Translations under genes and position numbers: made by a program
Notes under the pieces: generated by a model
The model's database searches: none
What the model was told of the DNA's origin: nothing
What the model saw: only the letters and a program-made list of their open reading frames with translations
Shown here: in pieces, positions 9,883-21,242 of the stretch
Layout: every line of letters starts with the position of its first letter
How positions within the stretch are numbered: position 1 is the first letter of the stretch
Origin: Candidatus Epulonipiscium sp.
Lineage (GTDB): Bacteria; Bacillota; Clostridia; Lachnospirales; JAAYNZ01
NCBI GenBank assembly: GCA_012524135.1
Contig: JAAYSE010000081.1
Span: forward strand, 1-55,120
DNA length: 55,120 nucleotides
Reading direction: 5' to 3'

Positions 9883-11079
9883 ATGAAAGTTCTTGTTATT
9901 AATTGTGGAAGTTCTTCATTAAAGTATCAATTAATTGATATGACAAATGAGGTAGCTCTAGCAAAAGGTCTTTGTGAACGAATTGGAATTGAAGGGTCTA
10001 GAATAAAACATACTCCTCAAGATAAAGAGACTATTATTAAAGATATTCCTATGAAAAATCATACAGTTGCTGTACAACTAGTAATTGATGCTTTAACTAA
10101 TGAGGAACATGGAGTTATTAAAAACATGGATGAAATTGCAGCTGTAGGGCATCGAGTTGTACATGGTGGTGAATCTTTTAGTAGTTCTGTTCTTATTACT
10201 GATGAAGTTAAACAAGCGATTGAAGATTGTATAGAATTAGCTCCTTTACATAATCCAGCTAATTTAATTGGAATTAATGCATGTGAAGAGTTAATGCCCA
10301 ATACACCGATGGTTGCTGTATTTGATACGGCTTTTCATCAAACGATGCCTGTAAAATCTTATTTATATGCTATTCCTTATGAAATGTATAAAAAATATAA
10401 AGTTCGAAAATATGGATTTCATGGAACATCTCATAAATATGTAGCTTATCGTACAGCAGAAATTCTAGGAAAACCTGTTGAAGAATTAAAAACTATTGTT
10501 TGTCATTTGGGTAACGGTGCTAGTATTTGTGCTGTTAAGAATGGAAAATCTATGGATACTAGTATGGGTTTCACACCGTTAGAAGGTTTAGTAATGGGAA
10601 CAAGAAGTGGAGATATTGATCCTGCTGTTATTTCCTACTTATCAGAAAAGGAAAAGTTAAATATTGAAGAAATTATGGATATTTTAAATAAAAAATCTGG
10701 TATACTAGGATTATCACAAGTATCTAGTGACTTTAGAGATGTTGAAAGTGCTATGAAACAAGGAAATACTGAGGCTCAAGCAGCTATGGATGTTTTTGAA
10801 TATCGAGTAGCAAAATACATTGGTGCTTATGCGGCTTCTATGAATGGTGTTGATGCTATTGTTTTTACAGCTGGACTTGGTGAAAACAATGGAGAAGCTA
10901 GAAAAAATATTTGTTCTTATTTAGGATACTTAGGTGTTGAAGTAGATGATGAAAAAAATGATTGTCACGGAATTGAACGCGATTTTTCTAAGGACGGTGC
11001 AAAGGTTCGTTCGTTAGTAGTACCTACCAATGAAGAATTAATGATTGCAAGAGAAACAAAAGAATTATTGAAAAAATAA
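9883..11079 (+). CDS. ackA: Acetate kinase
   Basis: [40 protein letters not shown]. Confidence 0.98.
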   Translation: MKVLVINCGSSSLKYQLIDMTNEVALAKGLCERIGIEGSRIKHTPQDKETIIKDIPMKNHTVAVQLVIDALTNEEHGVIKNMDEIAAVGHRVVHGGESFSSSVLITDEVKQAIEDCIELAPLHNPANLIGINACEELMPNTPMVAVFDTAFHQTMPVKSYLYAIPYEMYKKYKVRKYGFHGTSHKYVAYRTAEILGKPVEELKTIVCHLGNGASICAVKNGKSMDTSMGFTPLEGLVMGTRSGDIDPAVISYLSEKEKLNIEEIMDILNKKSGILGLSQVSSDFRDVESAMKQGNTEAQAAMDVFEYRVAKYIGAYAASMNGVDAIVFTAGLGENNGEARKNICSYLGYLGVEVDDEKNDCHGIERDFSKDGAKVRSLVVPTNEELMIARETKELLKK

Positions 11080-11083
11080 TTGG

Positions 11084-11112
11084 TTGACAAACTATAATCT
11101 CGTATGTATAAT
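11084..11112 (+). promoter_or_regulatory. Sigma-A promoter of yceD-rpmF
   Basis: TTGACA-N17-TATAAT (consensus). Confidence 0.85.
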
Positions 11113-11142
11113 AACTAAAGTAGACCTTCAGGAGTGATTTAT

Positions 11143-11664
11143 ATGGTAATTGATATTACAGATATTCTTTATAAAGAAGGAGCATCCATGGAAATTGATT
11201 TATTGATTCCTATGGAACAAATTCGTTTATTAGATAAAAGGATACATGTAAGTGAACCAATAAAAATAAAAGGTACTTTGATAAATGAAAATATATCTAG
11301 GCTATATTTTGAAGGTCAAGCAATAATAACTATACAGGCACCCTGTGATAGGTGTCTTAGACTTACAAACAAGCAAATTAAAATTCCTATGAAAAAATTC
11401 TTTACTCAACAATTGATAGTTGAAAAAGAGAATGATGAAGAAATATATCCGATAAAAGAGCATACTATAGATTTATTACCTCCAATTATGGATGAGGTAT
11501 TGCTACATACTCCTATGAAAATAGTATGTAGTGAAAAATGTAAAGGGCTTTGTACACATTGTGGAAGTAATTTAAATATTACTCAATGTAATTGTAGTGA
11601 AAATGAAATCGATCCACGATTTGAAAGCTTAAAATCTCTTTTTTCGAAAGATAAGGAGGTGTAA
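11143..11664 (+). CDS. yceD: DUF177 / YceD family protein (23S rRNA accumulation)
   Basis: CDRCL, CSEKCKGLCTHCG, IDPRF; directly upstream of rpmF. Confidence 0.9.
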   Translation: MVIDITDILYKEGASMEIDLLIPMEQIRLLDKRIHVSEPIKIKGTLINENISRLYFEGQAIITIQAPCDRCLRLTNKQIKIPMKKFFTQQLIVEKENDEEIYPIKEHTIDLLPPIMDEVLLHTPMKIVCSEKCKGLCTHCGSNLNITQCNCSENEIDPRFESLKSLFSKDKEV

Positions 11665-11666
11665 AA

Positions 11667-11843
11667 ATGGCAGTACCTAAGCGTAAAACTTCAAAAGCAA
11701 AAAGAAATCAACGAAGAGCAAATTGGAAACTAACAACTCCTAATTTATCCAAATGTAGCAAATGTGGAGAACTAATGATGCCTCATCGAGTTTGTAAATC
11801 TTGTGGCACTTATAATAAAAGAGTTGTGGTAGATGTAGATTAA
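11667..11843 (+). CDS. rpmF: 50S ribosomal protein L32 (58 aa, Zn-ribbon type)
   Basis: MAVPKRKTSKAKRNQRRANWKLTTPNLSKCSKCGELMMPHRVCKSCGTYNKRVVVDVD*; AAGGAGGT RBS; too short for the ORF track. Confidence 0.97.
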   Translation: MAVPKRKTSKAKRNQRRANWKLTTPNLSKCSKCGELMMPHRVCKSCGTYNKRVVVDVD

Positions 11844-11848
11844 TAATG

Positions 11849-11879
11849 AATAAAAGGCAGCTATTAGCTGTCTTTTATT
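11849..11879 (+). terminator. Intrinsic terminator after rpmF
   Basis: AATAAAAGGCAGCTA-t-TAGCTGTCTTTTATT. Confidence 0.8.
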
Positions 11880-12119
11880 ACGTTATGAAAATATTTTTCT
11901 GCTTTTCCTATCTTCATATTGAAACTTTTAGCAAATTCTAGTATATTATAGATATCCAATAAAATATACACTTATTACAAATTATATAAGAAATGAAACT
12001 ATATTTTATAATAATTTTATAGTATTAGATGGATATATTTAAAACAATGTACACGTTTATATATTCAAATATGTATTGAAAACGATACATATTTTCTATT
12101 TAAAGATAGGATGATATGA

Positions 12120-13118
12120 ATGAATAAAAAAATAATTATTGCAGTAGACGGAATGGGTGGAGATTATGCACCAACAGAAATTGTAAAAGGTTGTGTACAA
12201 GCATTACAAGATTTCCCTCTCAAATTATTAATAGTAGGTCACCCTGAAGTTTTAAAAAAAGAGCTTTCTAAATATACTTTTAATGAAGAGCAATTAAAAG
12301 TAATTCCAGCATACGAAACAATTACAAATGAAGATTCGCCAGTTGCTGCTATTCGATCTAAAAAAGATTCTTCTATGGTTATAGGACTACGATTATTAAA
12401 AGAAAAAAAAGTAGACGCTTTTATATCTGCTGGAAATACAGGTGCTTTGTTAGCTGGTGGTACTTTTTTAGTAGGAAGAATTCCTAAAGTACAAAGACCT
12501 GCGTTAGCTCCTCTTATTCCACATAAAAATGGTTTTTCTTTATTAATTGATTGTGGTGCAAATGTTGATGCTAAACCTTCTTATTTGGCACAATTTGCTT
12601 ATATGGGTTCTATTTATATGGAAAATATATTAAATATACCTAATCCTAAAATAGGTCTTGTAAACATAGGTGTAGAAAAAGAAAAGGGAAATGAAGTGAC
12701 AAAGGCAGCGTATCAATTATTAGAAGATTCACCCCTTAATTTTATTGGTAATGTTGAAGCAAGAGATATTTCATATGGTGTAGCAGATGTTATTGTTTGT
12801 GATGCTTTTATAGGAAATATTATTCTTAAATATACAGAAGGCTTTGGACAATCTTTATTTGATATATTAAAAGAAGAACTGCTAAAAACTCCACTTTCTA
12901 AAATAGGAGCATTTATGTTAAAATCTTCTTTTAAGAATATTAAAAAACGCTTTGATTATACTGAATATGGAGGAGCACCTTTATTAGGCCTTCAAGGGTT
13001 AGTAGTTAAAGCACATGGAAGTTCTAATCATAAAGCAATTTATAGTGCTATTAAACAATGTATACGTTTTACAGAGCAAGATATTGTAAGTAAGATCCAA
13101 AATTCAATTATTGAATAA
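12120..13118 (+). CDS. plsX: Phosphate acyltransferase PlsX
   Basis: AVDGMGGDYAP, SAGNTGA, DCGANVD, GGAPLLG, KAHGSS. Confidence 0.97.
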   Translation: MNKKIIIAVDGMGGDYAPTEIVKGCVQALQDFPLKLLIVGHPEVLKKELSKYTFNEEQLKVIPAYETITNEDSPVAAIRSKKDSSMVIGLRLLKEKKVDAFISAGNTGALLAGGTFLVGRIPKVQRPALAPLIPHKNGFSLLIDCGANVDAKPSYLAQFAYMGSIYMENILNIPNPKIGLVNIGVEKEKGNEVTKAAYQLLEDSPLNFIGNVEARDISYGVADVIVCDAFIGNIILKYTEGFGQSLFDILKEELLKTPLSKIGAFMLKSSFKNIKKRFDYTEYGGAPLLGLQGLVVKAHGSSNHKAIYSAIKQCIRFTEQDIVSKIQNSIIE

Positions 13119-13229
13119 AGTTCATATTGACGATTTAAAATGTATATACTATTATCAAAATATCAATTTTATAATTCAATCAATTATACAATGTAATTTT
13201 AAAACATAAGTATGAAAGGAGATTTTTAA

Positions 13230-13460
13230 ATGGAATTTGAAACAATACGTCAAATTATTGCTGAACAACTAAATGTTCCTGAATCTGATATCACAGAAGA
13301 GACATCTTTTGAAGATGACTTAGGTGCAGATTCGTTAGATATTTTTCAAATTATTATGGCTTTAGAAGAAGAATTTGATTTGGAAATATCTAATGAAGAT
13401 GCTGAACAAATATCAACTGTATCAGATGTAGTAGAATATATTAAAAATGCAAATGCTTAA
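13230..13460 (+). CDS. acpP: Acyl carrier protein
   Basis: DLGADSLD phosphopantetheine site. Confidence 0.97.
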   Translation: MEFETIRQIIAEQLNVPESDITEETSFEDDLGADSLDIFQIIMALEEEFDLEISNEDAEQISTVSDVVEYIKNANA

Positions 13461-13500
13461 AATAAAAGTCCTGTTTAACGGGACTTTTATTTTAAGCATT
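13452..13500 (+). terminator. Hairpin/terminator between acpP and rnc
   Basis: AATGCTTAAAATAAAAGTCC...GGACTTTTATTTTAAGCATT long inverted repeat. Confidence 0.75.
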
Positions 13501-13520
13501 TCATAGTCTAGGAGGTTCTT

Positions 13521-14216
13521 ATGAAAAGAACAGTAAACAATAGAGAAATCAAATCTTTTGAAAAAAAAATTAATTATTTTTTTAATAATAAAAGTTTATT
13601 AAAACAAGCCTTAACTCATCGTTCCTTTGTTAATGAAAAGAAAAATTATACGATAGGGCATAATGAACGTTTAGAATTTTTAGGAGATGCGGTGTTAGAA
13701 TTAATTGTTAGTGATTATTTATATAAAGAATATACAAATCTAAAAGAAGGAGAATTAACAAAATTAAGAGCTAGTATTGTGTGTGAACTTTCATTAGCAG
13801 AAGCTGCTCGTAGAATTAATATAGGCACTTACTTATATTTGGGAAAGGGAGAAGAATTAACCGGTGGTAGAGAGAGAGATTCTATTTTATGTGATGTTTT
13901 TGAAGCTATTATAGGTGCTATATATATAGATAGTAATATAGATAATGCAAGAACGTATGTTTATGATCATTTACTTTGTCATATAACTAAAACTCATCAT
14001 TCTTTTATTGATTATAAAACATCTTTACAAGAACAAATTCAAAAATATAGTACAATCCCTATAGAATATGAAGTGCTAGAAGAAATAGGTCCTGATCACA
14101 ATAAGCGTTTTGTTGTACAAGTTTCTCATAAAAATAAAGTGTTAGGTTTAGGAATGGGACGAAGTAAAAAAGAAGCGGAACAAAAAGCAGCATGGAAAGC
14201 TATGAAAAACATTTAA
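13521..14216 (+). CDS. rnc: Ribonuclease III
   Basis: NERLEFLGDAVL signature and dsRBD (GPDH, GRSKKEAEQ). Confidence 0.97.
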   Translation: MKRTVNNREIKSFEKKINYFFNNKSLLKQALTHRSFVNEKKNYTIGHNERLEFLGDAVLELIVSDYLYKEYTNLKEGELTKLRASIVCELSLAEAARRINIGTYLYLGKGEELTGGRERDSILCDVFEAIIGAIYIDSNIDNARTYVYDHLLCHITKTHHSFIDYKTSLQEQIQKYSTIPIEYEVLEEIGPDHNKRFVVQVSHKNKVLGLGMGRSKKEAEQKAAWKAMKNI

Positions 14217-14234
14217 ATATGGAAGTGAATCCTT

Positions 14235-17200
14235 ATGTATTTAAAAAAATTAGAAATTCAAGGATTTAAGTCATTTGCAGACAAATTAACCTTTGAATTT
14301 AATAATGGAATTACTGCAGTAGTAGGTCCTAATGGTAGTGGGAAAAGTAATGTAGCAGATGCGGTTCGTTGGGTTTTAGGAGAACAAAGTATCAAAACTT
14401 TACGAGGTTCTAAAATGGAAGATGTTATTTTTGCTGGCACTCAAAATCGTAAACCATTAGGCTTTGCCCAAGTTTCTCTTGTTATTGATAATAGTGCAAA
14501 TTTATTACCCATTGAATTTGAAGAAGTAACCGTTACACGAAGGGTATATCGTTCTGGAGAAAGTGAATATTTTATTAATCGATCATCTTGTCGTTTACGA
14601 GATATCCATGAATTATTTATGGACACTGGTATTGGTAAAGAAGGGTATTCTATTATAGGTCAGGGACAAATTGATAAAATTCTTAGTACAAAACCAGATG
14701 ATCGTAGACAACTTTTCGAAGAAGCTGTAGGAATTGTAAAGTATAAAACTAGAAAACAACAAGCGGAAAAAAAATTAGAAGAAGAAAAAAATAATTTATT
14801 ACGTGTAACAGATATTTTATATGAAATAGAAAAGCAGCTACTTCCTTTAAAAGAACAAGCTCAAAAAGCAAAGAAATATTTAGACAAACGTGAACAATTA
14901 AAAACTATTGAAGCCAATATTTTTTTAAAAGAAGCTTTAACAATTTCAAAACAAAATGAAAAATTATTAATGGATTTGCAAACGGTAGAAAATCAAATTG
15001 AACAATTATCTCAGAATCAAAGTATACTGAAAAAAAATCAAGCAGATCAGATCAAAGATACTGAAATTCTAGAAAAAAAATTACATTTCTGTAGGGAAGA
15101 GATTAAAAAAATACAATCTTTACTGGAAGAGAATATTTTACAAGAAAAAATTCAAGAGCAAAAAAAAGAATACCTATATCAAGAAATCAAACGATTAGAT
15201 AGAGAAGAAAAACAAATTAATTCTAAATTAATGTCAAAAAATAATGAGCAAAAACAGTATAAAAGTCAATATCAAGGTTTACAACTTCAATTTAAAAGCA
15301 AAGAAGAAATATTAAAAATAAATGAAAAAAAACAAAAACAAATGCTTGCTACTATGTCTAGTAATGCAGAACAAGTAGAACAATTAAAAGCGGATATGAT
15401 AGAAAATTTAAATCAACGTTCTGAAATTAAAAGTAAAATAGAACGATTAGAAACAATTTATGAACATATTCAACAAAGACATGAATATGTAGATAAAACA
15501 AAAAAATCATTACTGTATCAAATACATCTTAAAAATACTCAAAAAGATACTTTTGAAAATAAGCTAGATTCCTTAAGAGCAACTATTCAAGAACTAACAA
15601 TAACAAAAAGTTCTTTAGAACATGAAAAAAAGAACGAACTATCTCAATTACAACAATATCAAAATCAATATCATAGATTACAAGAAGAATTTCATAAACT
15701 ACAATCTCGTCAGAAATTATTAGAAGAGATGACAAAAGATTATGAGGGATTTTATCGAAGTGTAAAAAGCATTTTATCTTTAAAAAAGCAAAAACCTAAT
15801 GAATGGTGTGATATTCATGGTGTTGTTGCTGATTTAATTCATGTACCAAAAGGATATGAAATTGCATATGAGATTGCTTTAGGAAGTAATGTTCAAAATA
15901 TTATTACGGAAACAGAAAATATTGCTCAAATAGCTATAGAATATTTGAAAAAACATCAACTAGGTCGAGCTACCTTTTTACCATTAAACTCTATAAACGG
16001 AAGAAAAATAGGATCTGAAAAATCTAAAATTCTTCAATATCAGGGCGTGTTAGGTATTGCCTCAGATCTTATTACTTATAATCCTATATATGATTCTATT
16101 ATGACGTATTTATTAGGTCGAATTATCATTGTAGAAAACTTACAATATGGAATCATTCTTGCTAAAAAGTTAAGATACCGATATCGTATTGTAACGTTAG
16201 AAGGAGAGGTGTTAAATCCTGGTGGCTCTTTAACAGGTGGAAGTATATCTAATAAAAATACAAATGTTTTTTCTCGTGCTCGTCAACTTAAAGATACTAC
16301 CGAAAGAGTAATACTGTTAGAAAAGCAAGTACAACAAACACATCAAAAAATTTCTGATATAGAAGTAAGATTAAAAGAAAAAGATAATATATTAGAAGAA
16401 TTAATTCAACAACAACAAGAAAATATGGTAGAAAAGATCGAATTATCAGGACAAATTGATCATATTCAAAATCAAATTGAAACTTTAAAAGAAGAAAAAA
16501 ACAATATTCTTAATGAAGAACTTCAATTAAAAGAGCAGTCACAAGAAGCACAAGAGATGATACATAAAGAACAAAAACGACAAGCAGAAAATGAGCAGTG
16601 TTTACAAGATATTGAAACAAAGATTCAACAACAAGAAAGTACTTTGCAAATAGATCGTTCTTCTCAAGAAAAACTTGCTAAGGTAATAAATCAACTTCAT
16701 ATTGATATTTCTATTTTATGTGAAAATCAAAAAAATATAATGAATTATTTAGAACGATTAAAAGCAGAATTAAAACAATTAAAAGATGAAAAAGAACAAT
16801 GTTTACAGAATAAAGAAAATAAAATAAAAGAAAAACAATCTAAAGAGCACTTTATTCAAGAGCTTTTAAATAAAAGAATAAAAATACAAACGCAATTAAA
16901 AGATGAAGAAAAAAAAGAACAAGAATGGGAAATTCAAAAAAAAGATATAGAAAGTCAACGACAAAAACTACAAAAATTAATAGAAGAACAAGTAGAAGAA
17001 CATACGGTTTTACAAAAAGAATTATTTCATTTAGAACATCATATATCTAAATTAGAGATACAAAAAACGACTTTATATGATAGAATGTGGAATGAATATG
17101 AATTGACTTATTCCTCAGCTCAAAAATATAAAAAAGAAAATATTAGTTTATCATCACTAAAAGAAAAAGCTCAAGCATTAAAACAGTTTATTAAATCTTT

Positions 17201-17804
17201 AGGACCTGTTAATGTTCATGCTGTTGAAGAATTTACTACTTTGCAAGAACGATATAATTTTTTAATTAAACAAAAACAAGATATTATAGATGCAGAAAAA
17301 AGTTTAGATCAGATTATTGATAATTTAACAAAAGCAATGGAAGAACAATTCGCTCAAGAATTTAAAAAAATTTCTTTTTATTTCAATCAAGTTTTTAAAG
17401 AACTTTTTGGTGGAGGTACAGCTTATGTTGAACTTATAGATTCAAATAATATATTAGAATCAGGAATTCAAATTATTGCACAACCTCCAGGAAAGAAGCT
17501 ACAAAATATGATGTTATTATCTGGTGGCGAAAGAGCCTTAACAGCTATTGCTCTATTATTTGCTATTTTAAAAATTAGACCTTCGCCTTTTTGTATTTTA
17601 GATGAGATAGAAGCCGCTTTAGATGACTCTAACGTGGATCGATATGCTCGATATTTGAAAGAATTTACAAATGATACTCAATTTATTGTTATTACTCATC
17701 GTAAGGGTACAATGGAAGTAGCAGATACTTTATATGGAATTACAATGCAAGAACAAGGTGTTTCTACTTTAGTGTCTGTCAAATTAACTGAAGCAACTAA
17801 TTAA
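14235..17804 (+). CDS. smc: Chromosome segregation protein SMC
   Basis: GPNGSGKS, long coiled coils, hinge [22 protein letters not shown]. Confidence 0.98.
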   Translation: MYLKKLEIQGFKSFADKLTFEFNNGITAVVGPNGSGKSNVADAVRWVLGEQSIKTLRGSKMEDVIFAGTQNRKPLGFAQVSLVIDNSANLLPIEFEEVTVTRRVYRSGESEYFINRSSCRLRDIHELFMDTGIGKEGYSIIGQGQIDKILSTKPDDRRQLFEEAVGIVKYKTRKQQAEKKLEEEKNNLLRVTDILYEIEKQLLPLKEQAQKAKKYLDKREQLKTIEANIFLKEALTISKQNEKLLMDLQTVENQIEQLSQNQSILKKNQADQIKDTEILEKKLHFCREEIKKIQSLLEENILQEKIQEQKKEYLYQEIKRLDREEKQINSKLMSKNNEQKQYKSQYQGLQLQFKSKEEILKINEKKQKQMLATMSSNAEQVEQLKADMIENLNQRSEIKSKIERLETIYEHIQQRHEYVDKTKKSLLYQIHLKNTQKDTFENKLDSLRATIQELTITKSSLEHEKKNELSQLQQYQNQYHRLQEEFHKLQSRQKLLEEMTKDYEGFYRSVKSILSLKKQKPNEWCDIHGVVADLIHVPKGYEIAYEIALGSNVQNIITETENIAQIAIEYLKKHQLGRATFLPLNSINGRKIGSEKSKILQYQGVLGIASDLITYNPIYDSIMTYLLGRIIIVENLQYGIILAKKLRYRYRIVTLEGEVLNPGGSLTGGSISNKNTNVFSRARQLKDTTERVILLEKQVQQTHQKISDIEVRLKEKDNILEELIQQQQENMVEKIELSGQIDHIQNQIETLKEEKNNILNEELQLKEQSQEAQEMIHKEQKRQAENEQCLQDIETKIQQQESTLQIDRSSQEKLAKVINQLHIDISILCENQKNIMNYLERLKAELKQLKDEKEQCLQNKENKIKEKQSKEHFIQELLNKRIKIQTQLKDEEKKEQEWEIQKKDIESQRQKLQKLIEEQVEEHTVLQKELFHLEHHISKLEIQKTTLYDRMWNEYELTYSSAQKYKKENISLSSLKEKAQALKQFIKSLGPVNVHAVEEFTTLQERYNFLIKQKQDIIDAEKSLDQIIDNLTKAMEEQFAQEFKKISFYFNQVFKELFGGGTAYVELIDSNNILESGIQIIAQPPGKKLQNMMLLSGGERALTAIALLFAILKIRPSPFCILDEIEAALDDSNVDRYARYLKEFTNDTQFIVITHRKGTMEVADTLYGITMQEQGVSTLVSVKLTEATN

Positions 17805-17906
17805 TTCATAGTAACTAATAAAACAATATTTAATTACGACTCTGGATTATTTAGTAAAACTATATTTAAAAATGATGTTAGAATATAAATAAAGGAGAAT
17901 TTATGT

Positions 17907-19142
17907 ATGAACTTTTTTAAAAAACTATTTAAAAAAGAACCTAAAAAAAGCATGGAAGGAAAAGAAGAAGTTTTAAAAAATGATGTAGAAGTTAATAATG
18001 ATCTAGAAAATAATACAGATTATAATGATTTTTCTAGTTTAGATAAATCATTATTTAACAATGAAGAAGTAATTTCTAAAAAAGAAACATCAGAAATGAA
18101 ACTTGAAGAATCTTTTGTTGAAATACAATCAGAAAGTAAAAAAACAGAAGAAAAACAATCTATAGAAAAAATAACAACAGAAAAAGAAAATGAGGAGCTA
18201 GAAGAACCCAAAAAGAAAGGTTTCTTTTCTACTTTAGTAAAAGGGTTGACCAAAACCAGAGAAAATATTCTAGGTGGTGTTGATCAAGTTTTAAAATCCT
18301 TTCAAAAAATTGATGAAGAATTATTTGAAGAACTGGAAGAAGCTCTTATAGTAGCAGATATTGGAGTATCAACTACTATGAAAATTATAGAAATATTACG
18401 TGAAGAAGTAAAAAAACAAAAAATTACGGAAGCAGAAGATTTAAAACAAATACTTGCTAAAATTATCGCTAATATGTTAGAAGACAAAGATACTGGAACA
18501 CTTAATTTAGACGATACTCCATTAATAATTTTAGTGATTGGAGTAAATGGTGTTGGTAAAACAACAACTATTGGTAAATTGGCATATCAAATTAAAAATA
18601 ATAATAAAAAAGTATTATTAGCAGCAGCTGATACTTTTCGTGCAGCGGCTATCGATCAATTAAAAATATGGGGAGATCGAACAGGTGTAGATGTTATCCA
18701 TCATCAAGAAGGATCAGATCCTGGTGCTGTTATTTATGATGCAATTCAAGCTGCAAAGTCTAGAAAAACAGATGTATTAATTTGTGATACAGCAGGTCGA
18801 TTGCATAATAAAAAGAATCTTATGGAAGAACTTAAAAAGCTATTTCGAATTATCAATCGTGAATATCCTGAAGCTAGAAAAGAAGTATTGTTAGTATTAG
18901 ATAGTACAACAGGACAAAATGCTTTACAACAAGCTAAATTATTTCAGGAAGTAGCGGATATTACAGGTATTATTTTAACAAAATTAGATGGTACAGCTAA
19001 AGGAGGTATTGTATTATCTATTAAGTCTGAATTAGATATTCCAGTTCGATATATTGGGGTAGGAGAAGGTATAGATGATTTACAACCTTTTAATCCAACA
19101 CAATTTTCACAAGCACTTTTCCAACATTTTAATAATCAATAA
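17907..19142 (+). CDS. ftsY: SRP receptor FtsY with N-terminal acidic domain
   Basis: GVNGVGKTT, DTFRAAA, DTAGR, TKLDGTAKGG. Confidence 0.97.
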   Translation: MNFFKKLFKKEPKKSMEGKEEVLKNDVEVNNDLENNTDYNDFSSLDKSLFNNEEVISKKETSEMKLEESFVEIQSESKKTEEKQSIEKITTEKENEELEEPKKKGFFSTLVKGLTKTRENILGGVDQVLKSFQKIDEELFEELEEALIVADIGVSTTMKIIEILREEVKKQKITEAEDLKQILAKIIANMLEDKDTGTLNLDDTPLIILVIGVNGVGKTTTIGKLAYQIKNNNKKVLLAAADTFRAAAIDQLKIWGDRTGVDVIHHQEGSDPGAVIYDAIQAAKSRKTDVLICDTAGRLHNKKNLMEELKKLFRIINREYPEARKEVLLVLDSTTGQNALQQAKLFQEVADITGIILTKLDGTAKGGIVLSIKSELDIPVRYIGVGEGIDDLQPFNPTQFSQALFQHFNNQ

Positions 19143-19150
19143 AATTAGTC

Positions 19151-19205
19151 TTGACAAAAAGATATTTTTCCTTTAAAATCTATCTGTAAAGGGAAAATAC
19201 TTTAC
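19151..19205 (+). promoter_or_regulatory. Sigma-A promoter of ylxM-ffh plus downstream inverted repeat
   Basis: TTGACA-N17-TAAAAT, then GTAAAG-N8-CTTTAC at 19186-19205. Confidence 0.7.
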
Positions 19206-19214
19206 GGTGATACT

Positions 19215-19583
19215 ATGAATAAATTGTTAGAAATTACTTTGTTATATGATTTTTATGGAGAACTTTTGACTCCTCATCAACAAAATATTTATGAGTTATA
19301 CTATCAAAATGATTTATCATTGGGAGAAATTTCTAAAAATCTTAAAATTAGTCGTCAAGGTGTTTATGACACATTAAAACGTTGTGAAAAATCGCTTTAT
19401 GAATATGAAGAACGGTTACAATTATTACAACGATTTAGAACACAAAAAAAATTAGCAGAAAAAATTTTAATTAGTACAGAAAAAATTAAAAAACATCTTA
19501 TAAAAGAGGACCATTTCACTAATGAATATTTATTAGAAATTCAAAATATAGAAAAAATCATTAATCAAATTTTAGAACAATAG
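19215..19583 (+). CDS. ylxM: YlxM family HTH protein (UPF0122)
   Basis: LLYDFYGELLT, DLSLGEI, ISRQGVYD; upstream of ffh. Confidence 0.95.
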   Translation: MNKLLEITLLYDFYGELLTPHQQNIYELYYQNDLSLGEISKNLKISRQGVYDTLKRCEKSLYEYEERLQLLQRFRTQKKLAEKILISTEKIKKHLIKEDHFTNEYLLEIQNIEKIINQILEQ

Positions 19584-19598
19584 CTAGGAGGCTGATTC

Positions 19599-20930
19599 AT
19601 GGCTTTTGAAAGTTTATCAGATAAGCTGCAAGGCGTATTTAAACAATTAAAGAGTAAAGGAAAATTAACTGAAAAAGATGTCAAAACAGCTTTACGTGAA
19701 GTCAGATTAGCTCTTTTAGAAGCAGATGTTAATTTTAAAGTAGTTAAAACTTTTATTAAAAATATTGAATTACGAGCTGTTGGACAGGAGGTTATGGAAA
19801 GTCTCTCTCCTGGACAACAAGTAATAAAAATTGTAAATGAAGAATTAATTAATCTGATGGGAAGTACTAATAGTAAATTAACATTTACATCTACTCCTCC
19901 TACTGTTTATATGATGGTAGGGCTTCAAGGAGCTGGTAAAACAACAACTACAGCAAAACTAGGTGGCCTCCTTAAAAAACAAGGTAAGCGTCCTCTGCTT
20001 GTTGCTTGTGATGTTTATCGACCTGCTGCTATTAAACAACTTCAAATTGTAGGAGAACAATTAGGATTACCTGTATTTTCTATGGGAGATGCTCATCAAC
20101 CTGTAGATATTGCTAAGGCTGCTATTTCTCATGGAATTTCTAATAACAATGATGTTATTTTAATTGATACAGCCGGTCGTTTGCATATTGATGAAGCTAT
20201 GATGAATGAACTACAAGATATTAAAAAAGCTGTAAAACCTCAAGAAATATTATTAATTGTAGATGCGATGACAGGACAGGATGCTGTAAACGTAGCTGAA
20301 CATTTTAATAATTTATTAGAAATTGATGGCGTTATATTAACAAAATTAGATGGAGATTCAAGAGGTGGAGCTGCTTTATCAGTACGTTCTGTTACTCAAA
20401 AACCAATTAAATTTGTAGGTATGGGTGAAAAATTAACTGATTTACAACCTTTTCATCCTGATCGTATGGCTTCACGTATTTTAGGTATGGGTGATATTTT
20501 AACACTTATTGAAAAGGCACAAGATAATATAGATGAAAAAAAAGCTGCTGAATTAGAACAAAAAATACGTACTGCTGAATTTTCTTTTGAAGATTTTCTG
20601 GATCAAATGCAGCAAGTAAAAAAAATGGGACCTTTAAACCAATTAATTGGTATGATTCCTGGTATCAATCAACAAATGGCAGATATTGAAATTGATGAAA
20701 AAGAAATTGCAAGAGTAGAAGCTATTATATTATCGATGACTCCAGACGAAAGAAGAAATCCAGTACTTTTAAATAGTTCCAGAAAACGTCGCATTGCTGA
20801 AGGATGCGGATTAAATATACAAGAAGTAAATAAATTAGTTAAGCAATTTGAACAAACTCGTAAGATGATGAAACAGTTTTCTGGTATGATGAAAGGAAAA
20901 AGAGGGAAAGCTAAATTCCCTTTTTTCTAA
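19599..20930 (+). CDS. ffh: Signal recognition particle protein
   Basis: GLQGAGKTT, DTAGRL, RMASRILGMGD, M-domain. Confidence 0.98.
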   Translation: MAFESLSDKLQGVFKQLKSKGKLTEKDVKTALREVRLALLEADVNFKVVKTFIKNIELRAVGQEVMESLSPGQQVIKIVNEELINLMGSTNSKLTFTSTPPTVYMMVGLQGAGKTTTTAKLGGLLKKQGKRPLLVACDVYRPAAIKQLQIVGEQLGLPVFSMGDAHQPVDIAKAAISHGISNNNDVILIDTAGRLHIDEAMMNELQDIKKAVKPQEILLIVDAMTGQDAVNVAEHFNNLLEIDGVILTKLDGDSRGGAALSVRSVTQKPIKFVGMGEKLTDLQPFHPDRMASRILGMGDILTLIEKAQDNIDEKKAAELEQKIRTAEFSFEDFLDQMQQVKKMGPLNQLIGMIPGINQQMADIEIDEKEIARVEAIILSMTPDERRNPVLLNSSRKRRIAEGCGLNIQEVNKLVKQFEQTRKMMKQFSGMMKGKRGKAKFPFF

Positions 20931-20964
20931 ATAATAGTATCTAAACAAAGGAGGTGAACATGTA

Positions 20965-21210
20965 ATGGCAGTGAAAATTAGATTAAAAAGAATGGGAGCT
21001 AAAAAATCCCCTTTTTATAGAATTATTGTAGCTGATTCTCGATCTCCTAGAAATGGGAAATTTATAGAAGAACTTGGATATTATAATCCTACTAAAGATC
21101 CAATTGAATTAAAGGTGAATGAAGAGTTAGCAAAAAAATGGATTCAAAATGGAGCTCAACCCTCTGATACCGTAAGAGCACTACTTAAAAAAGCAGGCGT
21201 GTTACAGTAA
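20965..21210 (+). CDS. rpsP: 30S ribosomal protein S16
   Basis: [29 protein letters not shown]. Confidence 0.98.
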   Translation: MAVKIRLKRMGAKKSPFYRIIVADSRSPRNGKFIEELGYYNPTKDPIELKVNEELAKKWIQNGAQPSDTVRALLKKAGVLQ

Positions 21211-21242
21211 TGTAAGACACAAAAGGTTAGGAGGTGTGGCTA

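Noticed and set aside
14900-17100. Low-complexity A-rich, Q/E/K-rich repetitive stretch
   Set aside because: Explained by the SMC coiled coils.
19352-19372. GTCAAG..TGAC repeat inside ylxM resembling the upstream operator
   Set aside because: Explained by the conserved SRQGVYD codons, and the spacing differs from the upstream site.
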